A stretch of 64,000 nucleotides of DNA from Acidimicrobiia bacterium (GTDB lineage: Bacteria > Actinomycetota > Acidimicrobiia > Spongiisociales > UBA5794). Each line of letters opens with the position of its first letter. Positions within the stretch are counted from its first letter, which is position 1. This document shows positions 29,308 to 37,903 of this stretch, one piece after another. The notes below the pieces were generated by a model. The model was not told where the DNA came from and did not search any database. It saw nothing but the letters and a program-made list of their open reading frames with translations. The DNA lies in assembly GCA_965216945.1 (NCBI GenBank), contig CBDCGU010000003.1, positions 899,868 to 963,867 on the forward strand. The letters run 5' to 3'. Position numbers and translations under genes: made by a program.

Positions 29308-30597
29308 GTGAGGCTAACGACCCTGTGGTGCCCAACGCTAGATGACTTCGACTGGCAGAGCCCTGGGTCGTCGGTACTATCCCGCCTCGTGCCTCGTCGC
29401 CTTGCCGCCCTCGCGGCCGCCCTCGCAGTGATCGTCACCGGCTGCTCTGCCGTGTCCTCCGCACCCAAGCAGGCTGAGACGGTGGTCGCGCCCACGACGA
29501 CAACAACCACCACCACGACGACGACAACAACCACGACTTTGCCGCCCGCACCGTCGGTGGTGATCAGCGGCGACATCGACGCCGGTCTCGCCGCCGCCGC
29601 CGAGGGCTTGTACAACTACCTCCACGACTCGACGCGGCCCGTTCCGGTTGGGGTCAGTCAATCGCTGCTCGACCACGCAGCGGGTCATGCGGCCCCCGAG
29701 GGGGAGATCGCGGCCGTCGCTACGTCGGCGCAAATGTCGAATGGCGACAGCGTCGCCGTTGTGGTGACCGAAACCGACACGCTGCTGCTCCTCGACGCCG
29801 GCAAGGGGTGGGTGGTGGTTGGGGCGATGCTGGCGGGGCTTCCACCGTGGCTGGGTGAGGCCTCGCCACGGACGCTCCTGGTACTCGGCACCGACGCACG
29901 GGTTGGTGAGAGCCAGCTCGGCTTGCGTGCGGACAGCGTCCACATCCTCACCATGATCCCTTCGACCGGTCAGGGGGCGTTCCTCGGATTCCCCCGCGAC
30001 TCGTGGCTCCGCGGTTCGAAGCTCACGAATCTGATGCCGAGAGGCGGCCCCGACCTCATGATGGAGGTCATCAACGAGGTCAGCGGGATCCCGCTGGAGG
30101 GCTGGGTGGCTGTGGGGTTCGAAGGGTTCCTTGCCCTCATGGGAGAGCTGGGACCGCTCGAGATCGATCTGCCAACGGAGATGCGCAGCGGCAACAACTG
30201 GGCTGACTATCCGGCAGGCCCCCAGGTACTCGATCCGAAGCTCACGCTTCGCCTCGCCCGGATCCGCAAGGGATTGCCCCGCGGTGACTTCGACCGCACT
30301 CTGAACCAAGGTCGCATCACGCTGGCGGCGATGGAGGCAGTGAAATCGATGGGTATCGAGATGCTGCCGCGCTGGGTGGCGGTATTCGACCAGCACGGCT
30401 TCACCAACCTGTCGACGGAGGCGCTCTTCACCTTCCTCGCAACGGCGTACGTCTCGTCTCCGGAGCTGATCACCAATGCGGTGGTGCCGGCGGTCACCGG
30501 TACGGTGGGCGAGGCGTCGGTCGTCTTCATCGTGGACGACGCCGAGGCGGTGTTTCGCGATCTCGACGATGGTGTTCTCGACGAGACCGGCTCCTGA
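29308..30597 (+). CDS. LytR-CpsA-Psr (LCP) family lipoprotein
   Basis: Lipobox VTGCSA, a T15 linker, then the LCP domain (LLVLGTDAR, ADSVHILTMIP). Confidence 0.85.
   Translation: MRLTTLWCPTLDDFDWQSPGSSVLSRLVPRRLAALAAALAVIVTGCSAVSSAPKQAETVVAPTTTTTTTTTTTTTTTLPPAPSVVISGDIDAGLAAAAEGLYNYLHDSTRPVPVGVSQSLLDHAAGHAAPEGEIAAVATSAQMSNGDSVAVVVTETDTLLLLDAGKGWVVVGAMLAGLPPWLGEASPRTLLVLGTDARVGESQLGLRADSVHILTMIPSTGQGAFLGFPRDSWLRGSKLTNLMPRGGPDLMMEVINEVSGIPLEGWVAVGFEGFLALMGELGPLEIDLPTEMRSGNNWADYPAGPQVLDPKLTLRLARIRKGLPRGDFDRTLNQGRITLAAMEAVKSMGIEMLPRWVAVFDQHGFTNLSTEALFTFLATAYVSSPELITNAVVPAVTGTVGEASVVFIVDDAEAVFRDLDDGVLDETGS
29494..29537 (+). repeat. ACN codon microsatellite encoding poly-Thr (T15) inside the LCP gene
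   Basis: An (acg/aca/acc) run is visible in the sequence. It is a low-complexity, slippage-prone tract. Confidence 0.7.
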
Positions 30598-30640
30598 CCG
30601 CTTGTCCGTGGCGGGGCCGTGCATCGGGTAGGTTGGCGAC

Positions 30641-30997
30641 ATGGCACACCTATTGCTCGGCCGCTGCACGGTGACGATGCATGAGATGCAGGACTTCACG
30701 ACACGCATTCAGAACTGGGAGCAAGACCTGTTCGGCACAGATGCTGCCCCGGATTTCCACGGCGTGTACCTCCAGCGTGATGAGCCGGGCAACGTCGTGA
30801 TCGAGTTGCGTTTCTCGACGCGGGAGGTCGCCGACGCCTGCATCGCCGCCGGACACATCGCTCGACTGCGCGACCAGGTGTTCGAATGCACCAAGTACGA
30901 TCCCGGCGCCTTCATCCGCTATGACCTGTTCTACGGTGCCTCGAAGGACGGTGAGCGCACCTACTTCGGCGAGACCGTCCACCACCACGAAGGCTGA
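30641..30997 (+). CDS. hypothetical protein (possibly ABM-like alpha+beta barrel)
   Basis: 118 aa with high GC3 and no recognisable motifs. The start could also be the ATG at 30677. Confidence 0.4.
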   Translation: MAHLLLGRCTVTMHEMQDFTTRIQNWEQDLFGTDAAPDFHGVYLQRDEPGNVVIELRFSTREVADACIAAGHIARLRDQVFECTKYDPGAFIRYDLFYGASKDGERTYFGETVHHHEG

Positions 30998-31013
30998 CGA
31001 TCCGGGTACCTCA

Positions 31014-31400
31014 TCACGGAGGCAGCTCCGTCGGAACGAACTCTGCGCGGCTCGAAGCAGGCACCGAACGAGTGCCGAACAGGAAGAGGTCAGCCGTGGC
31101 GACGACCACGACCCGCACGGTGCGTGGCCGCCACGTCGGATCCAGGGGACACTCGCAGCTGACCAGCACCGCATGGTTCTCCGCGGCGAATCGAGCGGCC
31201 TCCGCCGCAGGCCCACCCGAGCCGCCGAATCCCGCGAAGGTGAGCGGTGCGGCTGCCAGAGCCGCAGCATCCGCCGCAACCGTGGCGCGGCTGCGTGCAT
31301 GCAGGTAGACGGCAACGTCGCCGAGCACCGCCCCGATCAGCAAGGTGAACACGGCCACGCCGACCATGGGCAGCGTTGCGACTCCCCGCTCGTGACTCAC
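31014..31400 (-). CDS. TadE/TadG-like pilus assembly protein (second copy)
   Basis: 128 aa with an N-terminal hydrophobic pseudopilin-like segment. GTG start overlaps the upstream stop (GTGA). Confidence 0.6.
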   Translation of the reverse strand: MSHERGVATLPMVGVAVFTLLIGAVLGDVAVYLHARSRATVAADAAALAAAPLTFAGFGGSGGPAAEAARFAAENHAVLVSCECPLDPTWRPRTVRVVVVATADLFLFGTRSVPASSRAEFVPTELPP

Positions 31401-31768
31401 TGCTCGACGCGCATGCTCGCCCGACCCTTCAGCTCGATGACCGCACCGCCGAACATCGCCGGCGCAAGCCGGTGTGGCAGCGTGATCACCACCTCGGCAC
31501 TGGCCCCGACGACATGCGGCCTCCGTACCGAGATACGGGCGTCGTCGGCAGCACCACCCAGGGCCGCCCGTGCCGCCGCCAACGCCTCGGACGGATCGGG
31601 GCTCGTTGCCGCTTCACGCGCCCCCTCCCGTGCGGCGTTGATCAGCTCGAGCTGGGCCCGCGCCACGACTGCGACCTCCGCAACGGCCAGGACGACAAGC
31701 AACACCACGGGGATGACCAGCGCAAACTCCACGGCGACGCTGCCGCTGCCGCGACGCAGCCCGCTCAC
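31397..31768 (-). CDS. tadE: TadE-like pilus assembly protein
   Basis: TadE N-terminal motif SGSVAVEFALVIPVVLLVV. GTG at 31768 overlaps the flp stop (GTGA). Confidence 0.7.
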   Translation of the reverse strand: MSGLRRGSGSVAVEFALVIPVVLLVVLAVAEVAVVARAQLELINAAREGAREAATSPDPSEALAAARAALGGAADDARISVRRPHVVGASAEVVITLPHRLAPAMFGGAVIELKGRASMRVEQ

Positions 31769-31944
31769 ACGTACGACGTGACCTTCGACATGACCGCATC
31801 GAAGAGCGCCGCCAGCGTCCCGGTGGAGGCCGCCCACAGGATGAGCGTGAGAGCGATGGCGGCGGCGGCAACGATCACCAGGGCGTATTCCGCCGTTGCC
31901 TGTCCCGATTCGTCGTTGAGTAGACGGTCGTTCGGTAGGTGCAT
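31765..31944 (-). CDS. flp: Flp/Fap family pilin precursor, 59 aa
   Basis: Not on the ORF track. Hand translation of the reverse strand gives MHLPNDRLLNDESGQATAEYALVIVAAAAIALTLILWAASTGTLAALFDAVMSKVTSYV. It has the canonical G/XXXXEY prepilin cleavage motif and a hydrophobic core, and AAGGAG sits 8 nt upstream of the ATG. Confidence 0.8.
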   Translation of the reverse strand: MHLPNDRLLNDESGQATAEYALVIVAAAAIALTLILWAASTGTLAALFDAVMSKVTSYV

Positions 31945-31990
31945 GGGAGTCTCCTTGTCTCTTCCCGGATCCGCCGGGTGCGGAGGGAAG

Positions 31991-32605
31991 TCACAGCGAG
32001 AACCGCTCGAGGGCGCCGACCATCGCCGGCGCCACGGTGAGCACGACGAAGCCAGGGAGGATCAGCAACGCCAGCGGGAACATGAGGACAACGGGAAGGC
32101 GCCGAGCCGCCGCCAGGCGTGCGGTGCGGCGTTCTGCTCGCAGCTCGTCGGTGAAGGCCTGCACCGCCGGCGCCAGCGGAGCACCGGTGGTGAGCGCTCG
32201 GCCGGCGACGCGGCAAAGCCGGCCGAGTCGGTTGTCGCCGGACACCTCGAGAATGGCGGCGTTCCCGATGCGGGTCGTGCGTCGCACGACGTCGTCCACA
32301 TCCGCCGCAAGTCCACTCCGAAGATACGGGCCGCAGAGTCGCAGCGACTCGGTGAAGGACAAACCGGCACTCAGGCCCAGACCGACGAGGTCACCGACGA
32401 GGGGCAGCTCGTCAGCGGTCCGCTGCTCCGCCTCGCGACGAGCCCGGAGCCGCCGAGACGATCGCCACGTCAGCCCGGCGGACAGCCCTGCGGCCGCCAG
32501 CAGCGGGCTCACGATCGCAAGAGCTGAGGGTGCGATGAGCCGCCGAAACCGGCCTGGGGCGTGAATCGCCAGACCAACCAGGCACAGCGCAAACGCCGAG
32601 CGCAT
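31991..32605 (-). CDS. tadC: Tad secretion system protein TadC (GspF-like)
   Basis: 204 aa from the internal ATG, with 3-4 TM and a T2SS-F-like cytoplasmic segment. ATGA overlap with tadB. Confidence 0.75.
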   Translation of the reverse strand: MRSAFALCLVGLAIHAPGRFRRLIAPSALAIVSPLLAAAGLSAGLTWRSSRRLRARREAEQRTADELPLVGDLVGLGLSAGLSFTESLRLCGPYLRSGLAADVDDVVRRTTRIGNAAILEVSGDNRLGRLCRVAGRALTTGAPLAPAVQAFTDELRAERRTARLAAARRLPVVLMFPLALLILPGFVVLTVAPAMVGALERFSL

Positions 32606-33288
32606 CACGACCCGGCCCTCCGCACGATGACGGTCACCGCGACAAGGCCCGTGGTCAGCAGCCCGAACCCAATGGCCAGGATGACCACACCTCCACCGCC
32701 GATACGAGCGAGCGATGCGATGCGGCCCGTCATCAACGCATACAGCGCGGCCACGATCGGCAACCCACCCACGACCCAAGCCGACAGGCGTGCCTGGGCG
32801 GTGGCGGCGACACGTTCCCGGTCGGCATCGGCCTCGTCCGCAGTCACCGCTGCCAATCGATCGAAGACCTCGGCTGACCTGCCACCGGCGACACCGGCGA
32901 ACTCGAGCGCCGGCGCCAGATGCCCGCCGGATCTGGGGAAGCTCCTCACCAGGTGGGGTGCAACACCACCGAGCGGGAGCCCGGCACCGAGTCTGCGCAG
33001 CGCCGGTGCCAACCCGAGCTCAGGGGTGCGCTCGGCGGCGTGGACCAGGGCCAGACGGAGCGAGGCGCCGCCCCGCAGTTCCGACGCCACCGCCCGGTGA
33101 TATCTGGACTCCACCGCCCAGGCCGGCTCGGCCGGCTTGCGCGGCACCACCTGAAGTGCAACGACGAGGATTGCCGCACCCATGGCGGCTCCCGGATGGA
33201 TCACGCCGGCTCCGAGCAGCACGAGAACCGGCCACGGGACACCCCACAGCAGCGCGATGGCGAACACGACGGGGATCACCACGACCAC
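32605..33288 (-). CDS. tadB: Tad secretion system protein TadB (GspF-like)
   Basis: About 227 aa. GTG at 33288 overlaps the tadA stop. Confidence 0.75.
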   Translation of the reverse strand: MVVVIPVVFAIALLWGVPWPVLVLLGAGVIHPGAAMGAAILVVALQVVPRKPAEPAWAVESRYHRAVASELRGGASLRLALVHAAERTPELGLAPALRRLGAGLPLGGVAPHLVRSFPRSGGHLAPALEFAGVAGGRSAEVFDRLAAVTADEADADRERVAATAQARLSAWVVGGLPIVAALYALMTGRIASLARIGGGGVVILAIGFGLLTTGLVAVTVIVRRAGS

Positions 33289-34337
33289 ATCTCCTCGATC
33301 CCGTCGGCCCCGACACGGCCGATGCGCTGGACGACGCGCGCCTCGCGGCGGCGGGCGACGTGGACGACGATGTCGATCGCCGACCACAGCAGCCGCCGAA
33401 CCGCGGCCTCGGAGAAGCCCTCACCACCCGACATCGCCAGAGTCGTGAGCCGCCACAGTGCTTCATCTGGACCGTTGGCGTGCACCGTCGACAGCGAACC
33501 ATCGTGCCCGGTGTTGAGAGCCTGGATCATGTCGAAGGCCTCCGGACCCCGCACCTCACCAACGACGATCCGGTCGGGTCGCAGTCGCAGTGCATGACGA
33601 ACGAGAGTCCGCAGCGTCACCTCGCCTGCACCTTCGGCGTTTGCCGGGCGGGCCTCGAGCCGGACCACATGACCGGACAGTCGCAACTCCGCTGCGTCCT
33701 CGATGGTGACGACTCGGTCGGCGGACGGGATCTCCGCGGACATCAGGTTGAGAAGCGTCGTCTTGCCGCTGCCGGTGCCGCCGCACACGAGGACGTTCTG
33801 ACGATCGTGGACCGCCGTGCGCAGAATCGCAACCGCTTCCGTCGAAGCCGAGCGGTGTTCCACCAGCTCGTCAAGCGACTGGACGGCCTGGGTGAAGCGG
33901 CGAATCGCCACGACCGGACCGTCTACGGATACAGGGGGGATGACGGCGTGGAGTCGGGAGCCATCGGGAAGACGGGCATCGACGGCCGGGCTGGCGCGAT
34001 CGAGCCGCAATCCCAGGGGGGCGATCATCCGTTCCACGGCGGCGAGCACTGCCCCCGCACCGGCGAACCGCACGGTCGACGACTCCAGCCGGCCGTTGCG
34101 CTCGATCCAGACTGTGCCATCTCCGTTGACGAGAACGTCGGCGACGTCGGGCTGCCGCAGCAGTGGCTCGACAGGACCCATCCCGACCAGCGCATCGACC
34201 ACCGCCGTCACCGTGTCCGGTGGCGACAGCGGAGCCTCCGCCGCAAGCATGCGGCGCGCCGCCTCCTCCAGGGCACCACGCTCCAAGGGGACGTCCGACT
34301 CGATGAGCCGCTCCACGAGTCGATCGATCACGCCCAT
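33276..34337 (-). CDS. tadA: Tad/Cpa secretion ATPase TadA/CpaF
   Basis: Walker A GGTGSGKTT, Asp box, Walker B VGEVRG and His box of the VirB11/CpaF family. Start placed at the ATG at 34337. Confidence 0.9.
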   Translation of the reverse strand: MGVIDRLVERLIESDVPLERGALEEAARRMLAAEAPLSPPDTVTAVVDALVGMGPVEPLLRQPDVADVLVNGDGTVWIERNGRLESSTVRFAGAGAVLAAVERMIAPLGLRLDRASPAVDARLPDGSRLHAVIPPVSVDGPVVAIRRFTQAVQSLDELVEHRSASTEAVAILRTAVHDRQNVLVCGGTGSGKTTLLNLMSAEIPSADRVVTIEDAAELRLSGHVVRLEARPANAEGAGEVTLRTLVRHALRLRPDRIVVGEVRGPEAFDMIQALNTGHDGSLSTVHANGPDEALWRLTTLAMSGGEGFSEAAVRRLLWSAIDIVVHVARRREARVVQRIGRVGADGIEEMWSW

Positions 34338-34864
34338 GCCACGCTCCACACCGAGCGCCACGCTCTCATCCACCGTGATGGCCCCGGACGGCGCCCTTCG
34401 AGCAGCGAGCGGATCGTGGCGGCACGGGGCCGCGGCAGCACTACGCCGTCCAGACGCTGCGGCGCCGCCCACGGGCCCCGCTGATACACGGCCGGACCAC
34501 GATCCACGGTCAGCGGGGTGAGCGGCAATACGGGAACCACCTGTTCCCGATCCGGCGCTTCACCGGCCGGGAGGCGCACGACGACGGCAGGCCATCCTTC
34601 GACCAGCGCCGCCACGACCCCTGCCGACGCATCGGCCGGTATGCCTCCGTTCCCCACGATGGCAACGCCGCGCCGCATCGGACGCAGATCATCCCGCCGC
34701 GGGCCTTCGGCCACGAGCCGCGCCAACGTCAGCTCACCGGGGTACGCCGGCCCTGCAGGATCGATATCGACCACCAACGCCGTGTCTGCCGCCGCCGCCA
34801 AAGCGATCGGCGCCACCGCCCCGAGGAGCTCGTCCTCCGGTGACCATGTGTGCAGCACCGCCAT
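34328..34864 (-). CDS. degenerate TadZ/CpaE-like protein (Rv3660c-like, no Walker A)
   Basis: About 178 aa from the internal ATG. First gene of the tad operon. No GxxxxGK[ST] motif is present. Confidence 0.5.
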   Translation of the reverse strand: MAVLHTWSPEDELLGAVAPIALAAAADTALVVDIDPAGPAYPGELTLARLVAEGPRRDDLRPMRRGVAIVGNGGIPADASAGVVAALVEGWPAVVVRLPAGEAPDREQVVPVLPLTPLTVDRGPAVYQRGPWAAPQRLDGVVLPRPRAATIRSLLEGRRPGPSRWMRAWRSVWSVAWA

Positions 34865-34991
34865 CGGGCACTCCTCGTCTCGTCGAACCGGAAACGGGGA
34901 AGCACGACGAACGTATGACGCCGGTGCGACAGATTCAAGACACCCGCCCGGCCGATCCGGCATGTCGCACACCACCCGTAGAATCAGCGAA

Positions 34992-35768
34992 ATGCAGCAG
35001 GCGGCGTTCTTCGATCTCGACAAGACCGTCATTGCCAAGTCGTCGACGCTTGCGTTCGGCAAGCCGTTCTACAAGGCGGGGTTCCTGGGACGGCGCACGT
35101 TGATGAAGTTCGGCATGGCGCAGCTCTTCTATGTCCTCTTCGGCGCCGACGAGGACCAACTCCAGCGCGCTCGCGACCAGTTGCTCCGCCTGACCGCCGG
35201 CTGGCACAGGGCCGAGATCGAACAGCTCGTCGAGGAGACCCTCGACGAGGTCGCCGACCCGCTCGTCTACGCCGAGGCCCTCTTCCTCATCGACGAGCAC
35301 AAGCGCAACGGGCGGCGTGTCATCCTCGTATCGGCCAGCCCCGAGCAGATCGTACGACCCATCGGCCGCCACGTGGGCGTGACGGAGGTCATCGCCACCC
35401 GCATCAAGACCGACTCGGCCGGGTTCTTCCAGCCGGAGCTCGAGCGCTATGCGATGGGCCCCGGCAAGGCCGAAGCGATCGAGGAGCTGGCTGACCAGGA
35501 GGACATCGACCTCTCCGGCTCCTACGCCTACTCCGACAGCACCACCGACCTCCCCATGATGGAGGTGGTCGGTCACCCGGTTGCGGTCAACCCCGAGAAG
35601 GAGCTGCGCCGCATTGCCGAAGAGCGCGGCTGGCCGATCCTCGAGTTCCAGCGACCGGTCAGCCTGGAGACGAACCTCAGCCGGCGGGTCCCGATGATCT
35701 CGGGAGCCACGATCGGGGCGGCGCTCCTCGGCGCAGCCGTGGCCGTCCTCCTCCGCAGACGCAGCTGA
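34992..35768 (+). CDS. HAD-IB family hydrolase (Rv3661-like)
   Basis: 258 aa. HAD motif I FFDLDKTV, motifs II-IV, and a C-terminal TM anchor. Divergent from the tad operon as in mycobacteria. Confidence 0.85.
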   Translation: MQQAAFFDLDKTVIAKSSTLAFGKPFYKAGFLGRRTLMKFGMAQLFYVLFGADEDQLQRARDQLLRLTAGWHRAEIEQLVEETLDEVADPLVYAEALFLIDEHKRNGRRVILVSASPEQIVRPIGRHVGVTEVIATRIKTDSAGFFQPELERYAMGPGKAEAIEELADQEDIDLSGSYAYSDSTTDLPMMEVVGHPVAVNPEKELRRIAEERGWPILEFQRPVSLETNLSRRVPMISGATIGAALLGAAVAVLLRRRS

Positions 35769-35837
35769 CATCGGTCACGGCAGAACGCGGAAGCGGGGCC
35801 CGCAAGCCCCGCTTCTCCGTCCACGTCGGCTGCCTGT

Positions 35838-36809
35838 TCAGGACAGCCAGGCCTTCCATGCGTCCTCGTGATCCTGCACCCACTTCTCGGCGACGGCAAC
35901 CGGATCATCCCCGTCGATCTCGACGGCCGGCAGCATCTCGAGCTGATCCTCGTTGGTGATGGTGAAGGCTTCGAGCAGAGCGAAGACGTCCGGCGCCTTC
36001 TCCTCCAGCAGACCACTGGCCGCCTTGAAGATCACGTCCTCCGGATAGTCGCAGTCGACTCCGCCGTCACCGGCGGCAGCACTTGCCCCGCAATCGTCGG
36101 TGTACGGCGGGAGGGCCACGTTGACCAGGTCGTACTTGGCGACTGCGGCGGTCGGCGTCCACCAGTAGAGCAGGACGGGCTCCTCGGCCGCCACCCGTGC
36201 GTCGACCTCAGCCACCGTTGCGGGCTCGGAGCCTGAGAACACCACTTGGAGCGGCAGTCCGAGGTTCTCGATGATCTGCTCGTCGTATTGCGAGTACGAC
36301 GGGTCCGTGCCCAGGAACCGACCCAGATCTCCGGTTTCGGCCGTCGCAAACAAGCTGGCGTTGGCCGGATCGGCATAGCCTTCCCAGGTGGCCAGATCCG
36401 GGTTCTCCTCGACCACGTAGCTCGGGACGAACCATCCGATCTTGCCCACAGCACCAAGCGGACCGATGTCCACCACCGACCCATCTGCGAAATACGTCTG
36501 CTCGGCGTCGGTGACGCCGGACGGCCAGATCTCCAGCACCGCATCCAACGTGCCGTCCGCCAGCCCGGTGAACATGGCATCGTTCTCGTTGACCTCGGTG
36601 AGCTCGACCGGATAGCCGAGCTCCTGCTCGATCACGATCTTGGCCACCTCGGCGTTGAGCCGGGAGGCCGTCCACGGGTTGACGACGAGGTTGATCGTTG
36701 GCTTGTCGGGATCGGGTTCGGCGGGGGCCGCAGCATCGTCGTCGTCGCCACCACAGGCGGCAATGGCGAGCGCTAAGGCCGCCAGTAGCACGAGCAGCTT
36801 CCTCAACAT
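35838..36809 (-). CDS. proX: glycine betaine/proline ABC transporter substrate-binding lipoprotein (ProX/OpuAC family)
   Basis: Lipobox LAIAACGG, OpuAC-like domain, GGGAGAG Shine-Dalgarno upstream. Confidence 0.85.
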   Translation of the reverse strand: MLRKLLVLLAALALAIAACGGDDDDAAAPAEPDPDKPTINLVVNPWTASRLNAEVAKIVIEQELGYPVELTEVNENDAMFTGLADGTLDAVLEIWPSGVTDAEQTYFADGSVVDIGPLGAVGKIGWFVPSYVVEENPDLATWEGYADPANASLFATAETGDLGRFLGTDPSYSQYDEQIIENLGLPLQVVFSGSEPATVAEVDARVAAEEPVLLYWWTPTAAVAKYDLVNVALPPYTDDCGASAAAGDGGVDCDYPEDVIFKAASGLLEEKAPDVFALLEAFTITNEDQLEMLPAVEIDGDDPVAVAEKWVQDHEDAWKAWLS

Positions 36810-36880
36810 GGTGTCTCTCCCTCTTCGTATCCCTGCATTCACCCGGCCTGCGTCGGGCCGGGCCGCCTAAATTACTCAGC

Positions 36881-37903
36881 ATGTCCGGCGGTGGGCCACC
36901 TTGCCTGGAGATCGAGGAGGTGTGGAAGGTCTTCGGCACGAAGACCGACAAGGCGCTCGCGCTCGCAGATGCCGGACGATCACGAGGTGAGGTGCTCGAG
37001 GAGACGGGTTGCACGATCGGTGTGCGCGGCGTCAGTTTCGACGTCCAGCGCGGCGAAACCTTCGTCGTGATGGGCTTGTCGGGGTCGGGAAAGTCGACCC
37101 TGATCCGCTGCATCGCCCAACTGACCGACGTGTCGCGCGGCTCCGTGCGGCTCGACGGCGAAGAGCTCACCGAGATGTCGGACGACGAGCTCAGGTCGGT
37201 ACGGCGCCAGAAGCTCTCCATGGTGTTCCAGCATTTCGGGCTGCTCCCCCATCGCCGTGTCATCGACAACGTCGCATACGGGCTCGAGATCCAGGGGATG
37301 AGCAGAGACGAGCGCCACGCCAGGGCCGACCAGGTTCTCGAGGCCGTCGGGCTCGACGGATGGGGCTCGCACTACCCGCAGCAGCTGTCGGGAGGCATGC
37401 AGCAACGGGTGGGACTGGCCAGGGCGCTGGCCGTCGACCCCGAGGTACTGTTCTTCGACGAGCCGTTCTCCGCGCTCGATCCACTGATTCGCCGGGACAT
37501 GCAGGACGAGTTGATCCGGCTCCAGCAAGGCATGCACCGCACCATCGTGTTCATCACCCACGACTTCGCCGAAGCCATCAAGCTGGGCGATCGGATCGCG
37601 ATCATGAAGGACGGCGCCCTCGACCAGATCGGCACCGCCGCCGAGCTCATCACCAACCCGGCCACCGACTACGTACGCGAGTTCACCAAGGACATTCCCA
37701 AGGCAAAGGTGTTGACGGCTCGTGATGTCATGCACGCCGCCGACGGCACCGCACCGCAGGGCTCGGTGCCGACCGACACCTCGGTCGAGGCGCTGCTCCC
37801 GGCGCTGCTCGTAGATCCACGGCCGCTTGCCGTTCTCGACGACGGCGGTATCGAGGTTGGCGTGGTCGATCGCTCGGCGGTGGCCGGCATGCTCGACGCA
37901 TGA
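36881..37903 (+). CDS. proV: glycine betaine/proline ABC transporter ATP-binding protein with tandem CBS domains
   Basis: Walker A GLSGSGKST, signature LSGGMQQR, Walker B LFFDEP and a C-terminal CBS pair. Confidence 0.9.
   Translation: MSGGGPPCLEIEEVWKVFGTKTDKALALADAGRSRGEVLEETGCTIGVRGVSFDVQRGETFVVMGLSGSGKSTLIRCIAQLTDVSRGSVRLDGEELTEMSDDELRSVRRQKLSMVFQHFGLLPHRRVIDNVAYGLEIQGMSRDERHARADQVLEAVGLDGWGSHYPQQLSGGMQQRVGLARALAVDPEVLFFDEPFSALDPLIRRDMQDELIRLQQGMHRTIVFITHDFAEAIKLGDRIAIMKDGALDQIGTAAELITNPATDYVREFTKDIPKAKVLTARDVMHAADGTAPQGSVPTDTSVEALLPALLVDPRPLAVLDDGGIEVGVVDRSAVAGMLDA

Noticed and set aside
29494-29537. Possible CRISPR or short-repeat array
   Set aside because: It is an in-frame ACN codon run encoding poly-Thr within the LCP gene. 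No repeat-spacer architecture is present anywhere in the window.
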